NCBI GenBank assembly: GCA_903928965.1
Contig: CAIYSZ010000028.1
Span: 2,837-66,836, forward strand
Origin: an uncultured Pseudomonadota bacterium
Lineage (GTDB): Bacteria > Pseudomonadota > Gammaproteobacteria > Methylococcales > Methylomonadaceae
Reading direction: 5' to 3'
Length of the DNA stretch: 64,000 bases
Positions 30,953 to 41,888 of the stretch are shown piece by piece. The notes beneath the pieces were generated by a model, which saw only the letters and a list, made by a program, of their open reading frames with translations, did no database searches and had not been told where the DNA came from. Positions within the stretch are counted from its first letter, which is position 1. The number at the start of each line of letters is the position of its first letter. The position numbers and the translations under genes are program-made.

Positions 30953-33900
30953 CTAACCGCCGCAACCTTTTTTGTTCTCCTTGATGTCGCTGACGCTGCA
31001 ACCGCCGAAGCTCAACAAGTCCATGCTGAGCAGGGTGACGGGGTTTTTGCTTTGCGCGTCGGAGGCGCTATTGCCGGTGTTGTCCGTGCTGCTGGTTTGG
31101 GTTGCGGTTTTCGCGGCGGAGGCGGCGGCGCTATCCGCGCCGCTGACCGTGGGCACGACGACGGCGGCGGGCACGCCGACGGTGGCGCCGCTGGCCGAGA
31201 TGTTGCTGGCCCCGACCACGGCCGTGGCGGCGATGATGATATTGTTGCCGGAGATGCCGGCCTCGCCGGCGTTGACCACGCCCACCGGCGCGGCCAGATA
31301 CACGTTGCCGCCGCCGATGGCTTGAATGCCGCTGCCGGAAATGACCGGCGGATAAGTGATCAGGATTTGGCCGGCGGGGGTGACGCTGGCGACCGGGGCC
31401 GGGGCGGAGACTGCGCTTTTGGCGCCCTTGCCGGCGTCGATGCTGCCCGCGGACGACCAAGCGGTGATGTCGCCGCCGCCCAAAGTGAATACCCTGGATT
31501 GGTTGACGTTAAGATCGTTGTTCGTCAGGACGTTGACGTTGCCGGTGGTTTCAGCCACGATGCCGAGATCGCTGGCGCCTTTGATGACGCCGGCCAAGGC
31601 GCCGGCCAGGCCGACGTTGATGGAGCCGCCGGGAGTGAGTAGATTGATGTCGCCGCCGGATTCGGTTTTGATTTGGCTGAATACCAGGTCTATGTCGCCG
31701 CTGTATTTGGTTTTGGCCGGGAACAGGGCGTGTATGGCCTGGTAGCCGATTTGGTATAGGTCATAGCGTTTGTTTTGCGGCGCGGCGGCGGCGAGGGAGG
31801 CCGAGCGGGAGATTTCCTTGAACAATACTTGCAGGAATTTGTAGATTTGCGCGCGCTGTTGGTCGCTGCTCAAGCCGCTTAGGCCTTGCAGTTCCGGATA
31901 TTGGCTTTGGTATTTAGCGATGAAATTATTGAAATCCAGCGCGCTGCCGGTTCCGCCCGCGCCAGCCAGTACTTGGATGCTGGCCCCGGTTGCGCTCAGC
32001 GCCGGGTTGTTCAGATTGGCCACGGTTTGAATGCCGACGGAGCCGCCCAGGTTGATATTGCCGCCGGCGATGACTTGCAATTGGCCGGGGCCGGCCAGGG
32101 TAATGGCTTCGTTATTTTCTAAAATCACGCCGTTGGCGTTGATGGGCGTGTCGTAGCTGATGGAGCCGCCGGCTTGAATCAAGGTCACGTCGCTGGCGTT
32201 CAGGTTTTGCCCTTGCAGACTGAAATTGGTGATGTTTCCACCGGCGATGACGTCGCCGGCTTCCGGCAGCCACAGGGTGAATTCCGCCGAGGCCGGAAAG
32301 CTCAGATTTCCATGCAAGGCATCAATCAACGGGGTCTGATTTGAGCAGGCTTGAGTTTGTAAGGCGCAGTCATGCACTGGGATGAGGGCGTGCATGGATG
32401 CCTGATTGCCGTTTGAGTTAGGGTCTAGCAGTTCCCTAGTCAAATAGGATTTGGAAGATATGTCTCCGTCCAGGGATGGGGCTGGATCCGCCACGCCGGG
32501 CAGCAGGCTGGGGTCTGCGTCGGACATGGATATGTCGATGGATGAGGTTCCGGCGGCCAAGTTCAAACCAATAGTGTTGTAGGCCAATAATTGTAAATTC
32601 CCTTGCGGGGATGGATACAAAATCATGGACTTGTCAATGCGAATGTCGCCGCTTATGGCGGCGGCGCTGACCGCGCCGGGATAAATGTCGTATTCCACGC
32701 CGGATTCGTTGAGCAGCGGCAGGTTATCCAGGGCGGCAATCGTGGCTCCGTTATTCAGGAATTGCACGTTGCCGGCGGTGGAAAGCAAATTCACCGCGCT
32801 GTTCGCCGTGTAGGTAAAAAAGCGGGCATCATTATTTTTTTGGCCGTAGTCGGGCAAGGTGGCTTGGCTGAATAGCGTGGGGTTCATCACGCTGGACACA
32901 TCGATGTCTTGCCGCGCTTGCAGGTTAAACGTTCCATCGCCCAAATCCAGGGTTACGCCCACGGTTTGGCTGTTTCCGGCAACGGTGGCGCTGTAGCTGT
33001 TGATGGCTTCGCCGGCCTGCAAATCGCCGGTTCCGGCGGCGACGTAAAATTCGCCGCCGGTGATGTTTTGGCCAGCGGTGATATTTAGATTGCCGCCGCC
33101 GTTGACGACAGTGCCGTTACTGCTCCAAGCCGCGTTCGCATTCGCGTTCGCCAGCGCGGTCAATACGCCCATCGGCTTGCCGGTGGCGGGTATCATCACG
33201 CTCAAGGTATTCACGCTGCCGCCGGCTTGGATGCTGACGTTGCCGCCGCCCAAGGCGCCGACGTTTTGGTTGAAGTTGCGATTGTCCTTGCCGAAAACGG
33301 TGTCGCCGTTGGGCAAGGTGTTGTTGCTGGCGCTGTTGAACATATCGCCGCTGATGTTAATGCCCCAGGCGGTGGGTTCCGAATTAGCGCTGTTAGCGGT
33401 TCCGTTGTCCCAGCCGCTGGTGCGCACCAGCCAATCGGTCATCGCTTGGCCGGATTGCACGCCTTGGATATCGCCGCCGGCGGCGAGGGTGATATTCCCG
33501 CCGTTGGTCGGGTATTCGGCATAGAAGAGATTAGTCAAGCCGAACTGGGTGGGATCCAAGAGGCCGTAACGCAGCAATTGGCTGAGTTTAGTTTGATCCA
33601 GGCCGGCGATATAGTCTTGCAGGCTTTGGTTGGCCGGTTGCGGCGGCATGCCGGGCACGTTGCCCGCGATCAGGTCGTTAATAGTGTATTGCGCGGTAGT
33701 CCCCACCGTATAAATGGCGGAGGCGTTATTGGAGGTATCGCTGTTGTTGAGATTTTTATTGAAGACGATGTTATTGCCCGCGTTAACGTCGATAGCGCCG
33801 GTTCCGGTGCGTACCACCACTTGCGCGGTGACGGTTTGGCCGCTGCCCAATGGGTCTAGGGTTTGGTAGTCGGCGGCTAGGTTGACGTTGCCGCCAGCGT

Positions 33901-36900
33901 TCAAATTGTAGTTCCATGAAAAGCCGGCTTGGATCACGTCCTGAAAGAGGCTGGTTTGATCCAGGGTCAGAGTATTGCCGTCGGTCGAGGCGGGGAGGAT
34001 GTCGTCGGTTGGAATTGGAGTGGTGGCGAGGGCGTCGCTGATGCTGGCGTTGATGTTAAGGTCGCCGGCGGCGCTGAGCGTCAAAAAGCCGGCCACGTCG
34101 CCGTCGCCGTCGCCGTAGCGCCAGCCGGAATTCCAGCTAAAGGTGTTGCTGTTCCAGCCGCTGCCGCCGGATTCAAAATCCCAGGCGTCCTTAAGCGTCA
34201 AATCGCCGTCGCTGCGGACTTCCACGCCCGGACTCAAGATCAAGCCGGCGGGCAGGGTCAGCGCCGCGCCATTGGCGTCAATATAGCCGGCGGCGTTCAT
34301 GAAGTTGGCGGTATCGGTTTGCCATTGCGTGATGTTGGCGGCGGTGATGATGTTGGCGTTAACCGTATTGGCGTTGATGTCGTTATAGATGCGCGTCGCC
34401 TCCAGGGCGTCGCCGCCGGCGCGCGCGCCTATGATTTGCGTGTTGAAACCTACGGCGTTGATTTGGTCGTTGGCGTCCTTGCGGCCGGTGCGCAGATGCG
34501 CCAGGCCGCCCTCGCCGGTTCCTGAAGCGGAGACGTTGATGGTCCCGCCGGCCAGATTCAGCACCCCGCTGCCGCTGCTGTTTTTATATACGGTGTCCAA
34601 GGTGACCGAGCCGCCATTATTATTACCGGATAGCGCGTTGGCCAAAATGCTGGAGCCGGCGGCTAGGGTGATGCCGGTTTCGCCGTCCAGCGTGACGCTG
34701 CCGGCACTAGCGCCGCCGGCGTTGATTTCACCGGCCAGGATCACCGCGCCTTGGTCGGCGGCGATTTGCACTTGCTGGGCGGTAAGCGTGGTTCCGGTAT
34801 TGATTTGCACGTCGCCGGCGGTTTGCTCCAGGCTGATTTGTCGGGTAAAGCCGGCGGCGGCGATTTTTTGGTCCAAGGCCGCGACATCACCCAGATTGGC
34901 GGCGGTCAGTTGCAGCGCGCCGCCGGTGACGCCGGAGGCCAGGCTAGTGGAGCCGCCGCTCGCGTTTATACTGCCGTCCCACACGAATTGGCCGGCCGGC
35001 GCTTGCACGCTCAGAGTGCCGGCATTGCTGACTTCTTGCTTGTTCAGCACCGCGCCGTTTAATTCGACGTTGACGCCGCCGGCCAGGGTGACGTCGCCTT
35101 GGGCGGCGGAGAGGCTGAGTTTGCCGGCCGGGGCGGCTTTATACGTCGTACTGGTGTAGTTAACGATGCGGCCGGACAAATCCACGCCGCCGCCTTGTAA
35201 ATTGATGGGGCCGTTGCCGGTGGCCAGGCTTAGATTGCCGGCCGGCAGATTGAATTGCGCGGTTCCGCTGATACTGCCGCCGCTGATGCTCCAACTAGCC
35301 CCAATGCCGGGGGTGGCGGCCGCGGTTGCGCCGCTGGCGGCCAGCGTCACGTCGTAGTTTCCGGCGTTGATGCTGGTGGTCGCGCCGGCCCCGCCGATCA
35401 GTTGCGCGGCGGTCAGGGTTAGATTGCCGGCGACGCTCAGCGCGCCGGGGCTGGCGGTGACGGTGTCGCCGGAGGCGTTCTGACTGGAGCCTTGGCCGCC
35501 GATGGCGTCCTTGGCTTCTAAGTTGACTTGGCTAAAACCGGTGATGGCGTATTGTCCCGCGCCCAGGGTGATGTCGTTGGCGTTTAAGTTCAGAGAACCG
35601 CCGCCGGTTCCGGCGTGGGCGGAAACCGCGCCGCCGCTATTGCTCAAGGTAATGCCGGTGGTGGTTCCGCTGACGCCCAGGCTGACGTTGAGTCCGGCGT
35701 TGGCGAAACCGTTGATGGCGGCGGCGGAGATTTCGATGGTTTTGCTGTTGACGGAGGCCGCGCCGTAAAGGTCTAAATCGCCGCGGCTGTTAAGCGAGAT
35801 GTCGGACAGTTTTTCCGGCAGCGCGGACAATACCAGGCCCGGCGTGCCAGCCGGCGCGTCGCCGAGGCTGATGCGGTTGGCGGTCAGCGCCAAGGAACCG
35901 CCATCCATTTGAATGGAGCCGTCGAACACGGTGTTCAGACTGGAATCCAGCAGCATTGATTGGCTGGCGTTCAGCGCCGCGCCGGCCGCGACGTTCAGCG
36001 TTCCTTCCGCGCCGGCGATGGCCGCGCCGCGAACGATAGTGTCCTGGCCGCCGTTGGACAGGCGCAGGATGGCGCCGTCGCCGTTGCCGAGATTATTGCT
36101 CAAGGTCAAGGTTTCGCCGGCTACTTTGTTGGCGCTATGGGTGTCGATTTCGGCGTTGGCGGCTATATTGACTTGGTTGACGGCGGTGAACAAAATTTCA
36201 TTGCCGGTCAAGGCTTGCGCGCCGTTGACGTCGCTAGCCACCGTGACCGTATTGGCGGTAATGGTGATGGCGTTGCCGTTGCGCTTGCCGCCCAATAACA
36301 GGCTGGGGGCGTTTAATTTAGTTAATTGTCCGGCCACCAGGCCGACCACGCCGGAGCCGAGAGCGCTTAAGTCGCTATTTGAACCCACCACGGTCAGATT
36401 ATTGCCGCTGATGTTGACTTGGCCGCCTAGGCCCACCAGGCCGCCGAAACTGGCCGGATTCGCCAGCAGCGCGGCGTTCAAGTTGAGGCCGGCGGCGGCG
36501 GCGAGTGTCAAGCCGCCGGCGTCCCGCGGCAGTTGCGCGCCGGATTGGCTAAAGAATTGATCGGCCAGATAAGCGGTGAATTGCGATGGGCTGGCGCTGT
36601 TGGTATTGCTGGTGATGACGCCGGCGGCGGATTCCGAGAGGGAGCCGGTGAACAAAGAGCCGGGCTGTACTTCAAAACCTTGGGTTAGGGAATTGGCGGC
36701 GGCGGTTCCGGCGACGCCGTAGCGGCCGGCTTCTATGGTATAGCCGGACGCGGTTTCGGTATTTTGCAGCAGGCCGCTGGTTCCGGCGACCGGGGTGACT
36801 AGAAACGCGCCGGGCAATAGCGCGTAATGCGCCGGCAACAGTGTATACCAACCGGCGGCCAGTCCCGCGCCGCCGTCCAGGTAGACGCTTTCGCCCATGC

Positions 36901-39900
36901 CGAGGCTGTTTAGGCCCGAATTGGCGTATTGCGTGGGATCGTAAGGGGTTAAAATATTGTCCACGCCGGGAAGTATGGCGTAGGAAGTGGCGCTGTTCAA
37001 CGCGTCGCTACTGCCGCCGTTGCCGGGTATGAATTCATAGGCGTACAATTCGCCGCCGCCGTTTAGATCAATGGTGGCGTTGGTTTGCAAGTCTATGCCT
37101 TGCCCGCTGAGCGAAAGACTTTTCTGCGGCAAGTTGGCGGCGGTAATGACGATATTGTTGCTGCCCGATAAAGGATATAGCCATTGGCTGCCGCCTTCGC
37201 CGACGCCGAACGGGACCACCGCGCCCAGGCCGGAAACCGAGGTAACGCTACCGGCGGTCAATTGCAAGTTTTGCGCGGCGTTCAAGTTAAGAGAGCCGAA
37301 CGGGGCGTCGAGCACGCCGCCCTGAATAATGTTCCTGGCGTTAATCGTAACGCCCCCCCCGGCCGACAACGGGGTTTGCGTATTGTCCTGGCCCGTGGTT
37401 TGCAGGGTCACGGAACCGGAGACGTTGAAGGTGTAATTGGTCAGGGTGGCGGGATAGATGCGTTCTGCGCCAATGACCAAATCGCCGGCTAGATTCAGTT
37501 CGCCGAGGAAATTTTTATTGCTGGTGTTGGAATCACCTAGCATGCGTACATCGCCCCGGCTTTGCAGATCGACCTGATCGAAACCGTTGAAAGCGACGCC
37601 GCCCAATAAATCCACGCCTTGGGCCGCTACCGTGAATTGAGCGTTTCCGGCGACGGCTTTGTTGGCTAGTAAGTAGTTGTTGGCGGCGATATTGACTTTA
37701 CTGGAGCCGAGTTCGACATAGGCCGCGGTAAGCGTTACCGAGGCGGCGGCGGACCCGGCCTCAATGCTCGGGCTGTCGAGGATGATTTGGCGTTCCGCGG
37801 CGAGCGAGACGTCGCCATTGAATTGAACGGCGCCGGTCAGAGCGCCATTATAGGCTTGCGCATCTGTTTTCAGGCTGATGGAGCCGAAGCCGGCGGCGTT
37901 GATGGCGTCGGCGCCGAGAAAACCTTTGTCGGCGTCGGCCACTGGCGCGTTGGCGCCTTCGACCAGTTGCACGGCGGGCGCGCCAGCGCTAATTTCCAAA
38001 AGGCTGAAGAGTTGCGGATTCAGTTGATCAGGAAATACTCCGCCTGCAATCTGGGGCGATGGTTCATTTAGCAGGGAGCGATCCAAGATTACCGACAAGG
38101 TTCCGCCCAAGGTATTGGGGCTACTGGCGGCGGCTTTGAATGCACCGCCGGCGATGATGCCCTGGCCGGATGCTAGATTGATAGAGCCGCCGTTGCCGGC
38201 GACCAGGGTGGAGGTATAGCCAACATTGCCATTGGCCCCGGTTTGTAATTGATCCAGATTGGCTGAGCGGGCGGAGACGTCGATCAGCGAGCCGGATTCG
38301 GCGACAATGTAACCGCGGTTGGCGGTCAGATTGACTGTGCCGCCATCCTTGACCACGCCGCTGGTCAAGCCGTTGATTTTGGGTTGGTCAATGACCGCGC
38401 CCGGCGCGAGAAGTTGGCTTGCGCCGCCGAGCCAGATGCCTTGATTGGCGAAATAGCCTAAATCGTTATTCGCCACATTGATAGTCAGCGAGATGTTTCC
38501 GGCCGGGGCGCTGATGACGCCGTCCGCGTAAATTGAGGTGTCGGAGCTCAGGCTGACCTTGCCGCCGGGTTCGACGCCGATGAAACTGCCGGCGCCCAAG
38601 ATTAGGGATTGCGCGCGGTTTTGGGTTTGGGTTTCGGCGAAGCCAAGGCTAAGATTGACCGGATTGCGCGTGTCGGCTGTTAAGAGCACGGGTTGGCTAA
38701 TGGCGCGCAAGTTGGCGCCGCTGGCTGTCTGTTGCGAATCCGCGTTCAGTTGTAAATTCTGTTGCAGCAGATTGAATTGGGCGTTTTTCTCAACCGTTAA
38801 ACCGTAGTTATTGGAGGTCAAGCTATAACTGGCAAACCCGCTTTGTTGAAAAAACGCGTCGGTGAATATCAAAGGCGCGGCTGATTGGGCGTTATTGACT
38901 TGGGCCAGATTGTCGGCGAGGATGATTTCGGCGGAGTTAACACTGAGTGAGCCGTCTTGTTGCAGGCCCCAGGCGCTGAGAGAGCCGTTTAATATAACGT
39001 TGGCATAAGCGGCGGTTAGGCTGATGGCGCCAGCGGAGCCGTCGCTTATCGCGCCGCTGGCTTGCAGCCAGGCCCCTGCGTCGGCGCTGATGCGGCTGCC
39101 CGGGGCCAAGGTCAAGTTTCCTTGTTCCGTCTTCAGTGTGACCTTGCCGCCGTTGATATTGATAAGGCCCGGAGTTTGGTTGTTTTGCAGCGCCAGCCAA
39201 TCATTGACCCAGTGTCCGCTGACGCTAATCAGCGCGGTTTTGCCCAGTGTGGTGGCGTCGTTGTTGAGTTCGACCGTGCCGGAGGGATTGATGATTTGAC
39301 CATTGATGTCGGTATTGCTCGCGTTGATTTGCAAGTCACCCGCTCCCGGCAGCCGCAATACGCTGTTCTGAGTTTGGGTGAAGGGGGCGTTATTAGTACT
39401 GATGATGATGTTTTGCAAGCCGGAGTTACTGAGCATGGCGCTGTTCAAATTCAACGCCACCGGTTGGCCGGCTGTGCCGGCGGCGGGGAATGCCTGATTT
39501 TCGGCAATTGACAAGCCGCTATTGCCGTTGCCGAGCACCACGGCTTGATCGCTGGATAGGTTGCCATAGTCCAATTTGATGGTCAGCTCGCCGCCGGCGG
39601 CGCGGTCAGAGGCGGTGCGTTGGTAAGCGCCGTTTTCTGCTTGGCCGTGGATGCTTGCGTCCAGCAGCGCGTTGTAACTCGAAATACTGACCGCGCCGGC
39701 GGCAAAGCCCTGGATGTAGCTTGGGCTGAAACTGGTTTGATTGACCAGCGCGGTATAAACCAAATTGGGGCTGGCCGTGCCTAGGTTATACAGTTGGCCG
39801 TTGGATTGCAAATAGGTGGTGGAGATATCCGCGCCTTGGTAGGCGATGGAGCCGCCGGAAACGTCCAGAATCGAGCCGGCGGCGGCGATGACGTCGCCGG

Positions 39901-41551
39901 TGGAAGTCAGATTAATGTTGCCGCCGGCGGTGCTGCGCGCCTCGACATCGTTTTTCAGCGCTTGCACCGGATAGCTAATGTCGGCGATGGGTACGCTAGC
40001 GATTAAGTCGCCGGAGGAATCCGTGGTGATGGTGGCGTCGCGGATGTCCACGCTGACGGTTTTGCCGTACAGCACGCCGGTGCGTTGGGTGGGCGAGTCG
40101 CGCAATTCGTTGGATTGCAATTTGACCTGTACTATGTTGTTCCGCACCGATGCAATCACGTTTTTGACGCCGGATACGTCGATTTTGGCGCCGTTCGCTA
40201 GGTAGACGCGGGCGTCGCCTCTTTGCGTGGGTGAAGCCGGGTTGTCTTGAGCGTTGACGTTGACGATGCCGGAGTGGGCTTGCACGAGGGCGCCGCTTTC
40301 GATGTTAATCTGATGGCCGTCCAGCTCAATGTCGGATTTCGGTTGGCTTTGCACGGCCAAGGCTAGACCGGAGGAGTTGTCCAGAGTGACTCCAGTAAAA
40401 CTGCCGGAGCGCAAATTTAGGGTGGCGCTTTGTCCTAGGGTGTCGCCGTAATCCGTGCTTCGCGTGGTGGCGGCTCCTTCCAGCAGGCCGTTGGTATTGG
40501 TAGGATTTTGCAGGCCTTCTTGTGCTTGCAACCTTACCTGACCGGCCAATTGGGTGGAGGTGCTGGCGGAAACGATGCCGTCTTGATTAACGGCGAAGCC
40601 TATCATGCTGATGTTGCCGCTTTTGGCGTAAACGGCGCCGGAATTATTGATTTGACCGCCGACGCCGACTTCAACCAGCAAGCCGCGCACCGAGGAGTCG
40701 GTGCTGTCTTGCAAATACACTTTGTCCTTGGCCGCCGCCAGAATCACTTGGCCGGCATTGGCGGTAATGGCGCCTTGATTATTGATGCTGGAGGCGGCGA
40801 GCAAAATGATGCCGCCGTTGGCGTTGGTTTGTATATTGGCGTCCTTTGCCACGCTAATGGGCGCAAGGCTGATCTCAATTTTATGGCCGCTGGCATCTAG
40901 AATATAATTGCCGTCTTTGTCTTGCAGGTATTGGCCCGATGCGCTGACCAAGGCCGCACCTTGGCTAATGACGGTTCCAGGGCTGGCTTGATAGGCGGCG
41001 TTAAATACGTTGCCGATGCCGGTTTGCAATGCACTTTGGCTGATGCCAAGGGTGGTGGCCACCAAGGTGTTGACGTTGACGCTGGAGCCGGGTTCAAAGA
41101 TAAAGCCGTCTTGGTTGACTAGATACACCTGGCCGTTGGCGTGTAAGGTTCCGAAAATCGTGCTGGCGTTGGCGTCGCCGATATCGTTGAGTACGATGGA
41201 GGCAGTGGAGGTTTGGTGGAAATCGACAGTATAGCCCTTGCCGATGTCGAAACTGTGCCAATTAATGATGGCGTTGTTGCCAGGGTCGATGTTGAGGGTA
41301 TGACCGTTTAAAATTTCGCTGGCGGAGCCGGATAGAGTAGGCAGGGTAAGGGTTTGGCCGGGAGACAGGGTAGGGTCCAGCAGTTGGTGGGTGGTGGGGT
41401 TTTCACCTATGGGCAGCGCCGGGTTCGCGGCGGCGGGACTAAGACCAAAGCCGAAAGCCATGCTGCCGGCGATAATGCCGCGAATGGCGCGGGTTAACGG
41501 TTTTGGATGCGGGTTGAATGGCGCGCGGGGGGATGATGCGGACGTGGTCAT
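30953..41551 (-). CDS. Filamentous haemagglutinin family exoprotein (TpsA), 3532 aa, with C-terminal DUF3739-type domain
   Basis: Signal peptide; TPS domain (IINWHSFDIG...IFGTLHANGQVYLVNQDG); G/A/S/N-rich beta-helix repeats; C-terminal NQSRVFTLGGGDITAWSSAGSIDAGKGAKS. Confidence 0.92.
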   Translation of the reverse strand: MTTSASSPRAPFNPHPKPLTRAIRGIIAGSMAFGFGLSPAAANPALPIGENPTTHQLLDPTLSPGQTLTLPTLSGSASEILNGHTLNIDPGNNAIINWHSFDIGKGYTVDFHQTSTASIVLNDIGDANASTIFGTLHANGQVYLVNQDGFIFEPGSSVNVNTLVATTLGISQSALQTGIGNVFNAAYQASPGTVISQGAALVSASGQYLQDKDGNYILDASGHKIEISLAPISVAKDANIQTNANGGIILLAASSINNQGAITANAGQVILAAAKDKVYLQDSTDSSVRGLLVEVGVGGQINNSGAVYAKSGNISMIGFAVNQDGIVSASTSTQLAGQVRLQAQEGLQNPTNTNGLLEGAATTRSTDYGDTLGQSATLNLRSGSFTGVTLDNSSGLALAVQSQPKSDIELDGHQINIESGALVQAHSGIVNVNAQDNPASPTQRGDARVYLANGAKIDVSGVKNVIASVRNNIVQVKLQSNELRDSPTQRTGVLYGKTVSVDIRDATITTDSSGDLIASVPIADISYPVQALKNDVEARSTAGGNINLTSTGDVIAAAGSILDVSGGSIAYQGADISTTYLQSNGQLYNLGTASPNLVYTALVNQTSFSPSYIQGFAAGAVSISSYNALLDASIHGQAENGAYQRTASDRAAGGELTIKLDYGNLSSDQAVVLGNGNSGLSIAENQAFPAAGTAGQPVALNLNSAMLSNSGLQNIIISTNNAPFTQTQNSVLRLPGAGDLQINASNTDINGQIINPSGTVELNNDATTLGKTALISVSGHWVNDWLALQNNQTPGLININGGKVTLKTEQGNLTLAPGSRISADAGAWLQASGAISDGSAGAISLTAAYANVILNGSLSAWGLQQDGSLSVNSAEIILADNLAQVNNAQSAAPLIFTDAFFQQSGFASYSLTSNNYGLTVEKNAQFNLLQQNLQLNADSQQTASGANLRAISQPVLLTADTRNPVNLSLGFAETQTQNRAQSLILGAGSFIGVEPGGKVSLSSDTSIYADGVISAPAGNISLTINVANNDLGYFANQGIWLGGASQLLAPGAVIDQPKINGLTSGVVKDGGTVNLTANRGYIVAESGSLIDVSARSANLDQLQTGANGNVGYTSTLVAGNGGSINLASGQGIIAGGAFKAAASSPNTLGGTLSVILDRSLLNEPSPQIAGGVFPDQLNPQLFSLLEISAGAPAVQLVEGANAPVADADKGFLGADAINAAGFGSISLKTDAQAYNGALTGAVQFNGDVSLAAERQIILDSPSIEAGSAAASVTLTAAYVELGSSKVNIAANNYLLANKAVAGNAQFTVAAQGVDLLGGVAFNGFDQVDLQSRGDVRMLGDSNTSNKNFLGELNLAGDLVIGAERIYPATLTNYTFNVSGSVTLQTTGQDNTQTPLSAGGGVTINARNIIQGGVLDAPFGSLNLNAAQNLQLTAGSVTSVSGLGAVVPFGVGEGGSQWLYPLSGSNNIVITAANLPQKSLSLSGQGIDLQTNATIDLNGGGELYAYEFIPGNGGSSDALNSATSYAILPGVDNILTPYDPTQYANSGLNSLGMGESVYLDGGAGLAAGWYTLLPAHYALLPGAFLVTPVAGTSGLLQNTETASGYTIEAGRYGVAGTAAANSLTQGFEVQPGSLFTGSLSESAAGVITSNTNSASPSQFTAYLADQFFSQSGAQLPRDAGGLTLAAAAGLNLNAALLANPASFGGLVGLGGQVNISGNNLTVVGSNSDLSALGSGVVGLVAGQLTKLNAPSLLLGGKRNGNAITITANTVTVASDVNGAQALTGNEILFTAVNQVNIAANAEIDTHSANKVAGETLTLSNNLGNGDGAILRLSNGGQDTIVRGAAIAGAEGTLNVAAGAALNASQSMLLDSSLNTVFDGSIQMDGGSLALTANRISLGDAPAGTPGLVLSALPEKLSDISLNSRGDLDLYGAASVNSKTIEISAAAINGFANAGLNVSLGVSGTTTGITLSNSGGAVSAHAGTGGGSLNLNANDITLGAGQYAITGFSQVNLEAKDAIGGQGSSQNASGDTVTASPGALSVAGNLTLTAAQLIGGAGATTSINAGNYDVTLAASGATAAATPGIGASWSISGGSISGTAQFNLPAGNLSLATGNGPINLQGGGVDLSGRIVNYTSTTYKAAPAGKLSLSAAQGDVTLAGGVNVELNGAVLNKQEVSNAGTLSVQAPAGQFVWDGSINASGGSTSLASGVTGGALQLTAANLGDVAALDQKIAAAGFTRQISLEQTAGDVQINTGTTLTAQQVQIAADQGAVILAGEINAGGASAGSVTLDGETGITLAAGSSILANALSGNNNGGSVTLDTVYKNSSGSGVLNLAGGTINVSASGTGEGGLAHLRTGRKDANDQINAVGFNTQIIGARAGGDALEATRIYNDINANTVNANIITAANITQWQTDTANFMNAAGYIDANGAALTLPAGLILSPGVEVRSDGDLTLKDAWDFESGGSGWNSNTFSWNSGWRYGDGDGDVAGFLTLSAAGDLNINASISDALATTPIPTDDILPASTDGNTLTLDQTSLFQDVIQAGFSWNYNLNAGGNVNLAADYQTLDPLGSGQTVTAQVVVRTGTGAIDVNAGNNIVFNKNLNNSDTSNNASAIYTVGTTAQYTINDLIAGNVPGMPPQPANQSLQDYIAGLDQTKLSQLLRYGLLDPTQFGLTNLFYAEYPTNGGNITLAAGGDIQGVQSGQAMTDWLVRTSGWDNGTANSANSEPTAWGINISGDMFNSASNNTLPNGDTVFGKDNRNFNQNVGALGGGNVSIQAGGSVNTLSVMIPATGKPMGVLTALANANANAAWSSNGTVVNGGGNLNITAGQNITGGEFYVAAGTGDLQAGEAINSYSATVAGNSQTVGVTLDLGDGTFNLQARQDIDVSSVMNPTLFSQATLPDYGQKNNDARFFTYTANSAVNLLSTAGNVQFLNNGATIAALDNLPLLNESGVEYDIYPGAVSAAAISGDIRIDKSMILYPSPQGNLQLLAYNTIGLNLAAGTSSIDISMSDADPSLLPGVADPAPSLDGDISSKSYLTRELLDPNSNGNQASMHALIPVHDCALQTQACSNQTPLIDALHGNLSFPASAEFTLWLPEAGDVIAGGNITNFSLQGQNLNASDVTLIQAGGSISYDTPINANGVILENNEAITLAGPGQLQVIAGGNINLGGSVGIQTVANLNNPALSATGASIQVLAGAGGTGSALDFNNFIAKYQSQYPELQGLSGLSSDQQRAQIYKFLQVLFKEISRSASLAAAAPQNKRYDLYQIGYQAIHALFPAKTKYSGDIDLVFSQIKTESGGDINLLTPGGSINVGLAGALAGVIKGASDLGIVAETTGNVNVLTNNDLNVNQSRVFTLGGGDITAWSSAGSIDAGKGAKSAVSAPAPVASVTPAGQILITYPPVISGSGIQAIGGGNVYLAAPVGVVNAGEAGISGNNIIIAATAVVGASNISASGATVGVPAAVVVPTVSGADSAAASAAKTATQTSSTDNTGNSASDAQSKNPVTLLSMDLLSFGGCSVSDIKENKKGCGG

Positions 41552-41721
41552 GGCAGAAAGTGCGTGTTGGTTTCAGGATTAAATTCAATAGGTAAAGTCA
41601 TTTAAACGCTATAGCCGTTTTAATAGTCGCATAAGCGCAATAAGTATCCGGGTGCGCATGGGTAGTGGTTGGCCAAAGGCCTTTTATGTCTCATGAACTT
41701 AAGTCATTTTGCTAAGTACTC

Positions 41722-41767
41722 AAAATAAAAAAGCGTCGGCATACCCTAGGCAGGGTAATGTCGACGC
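41722..41767 (-). terminator. Intrinsic terminator
   Basis: Minus strand GCGTCG-ACAT-TACCCT-GCCT-AGGGTA-TGC-CGACGC followed by TTTTTTATTTT. Confidence 0.8.
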
Positions 41768-41888
41768 ATTTTGTCTTTCCATTTGTCTTTCCATGTTCCT
41801 GTGCGGCCACTCCTTTGAGGTTTCCCTTTGGCCTGTTCCTGCAACATCCCTGTTTTAAGTCGTCCGTTACTTGATTTTGTCCAATGTT

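Noticed and set aside
30899-40900. Numerous plus-strand ORFs opposite the TpsA gene (and similar shadows opposite dnaE, bamA and haoA)
   Set aside because: Antisense shadows produced by GC-rich codon bias of the real genes.
41552-41720. Sigma-54 promoter for the TpsA gene
   Set aside because: No GG-N10-GC match; the best candidate has 9-nt spacing. TpsA membership in the regulon rests only on its position.
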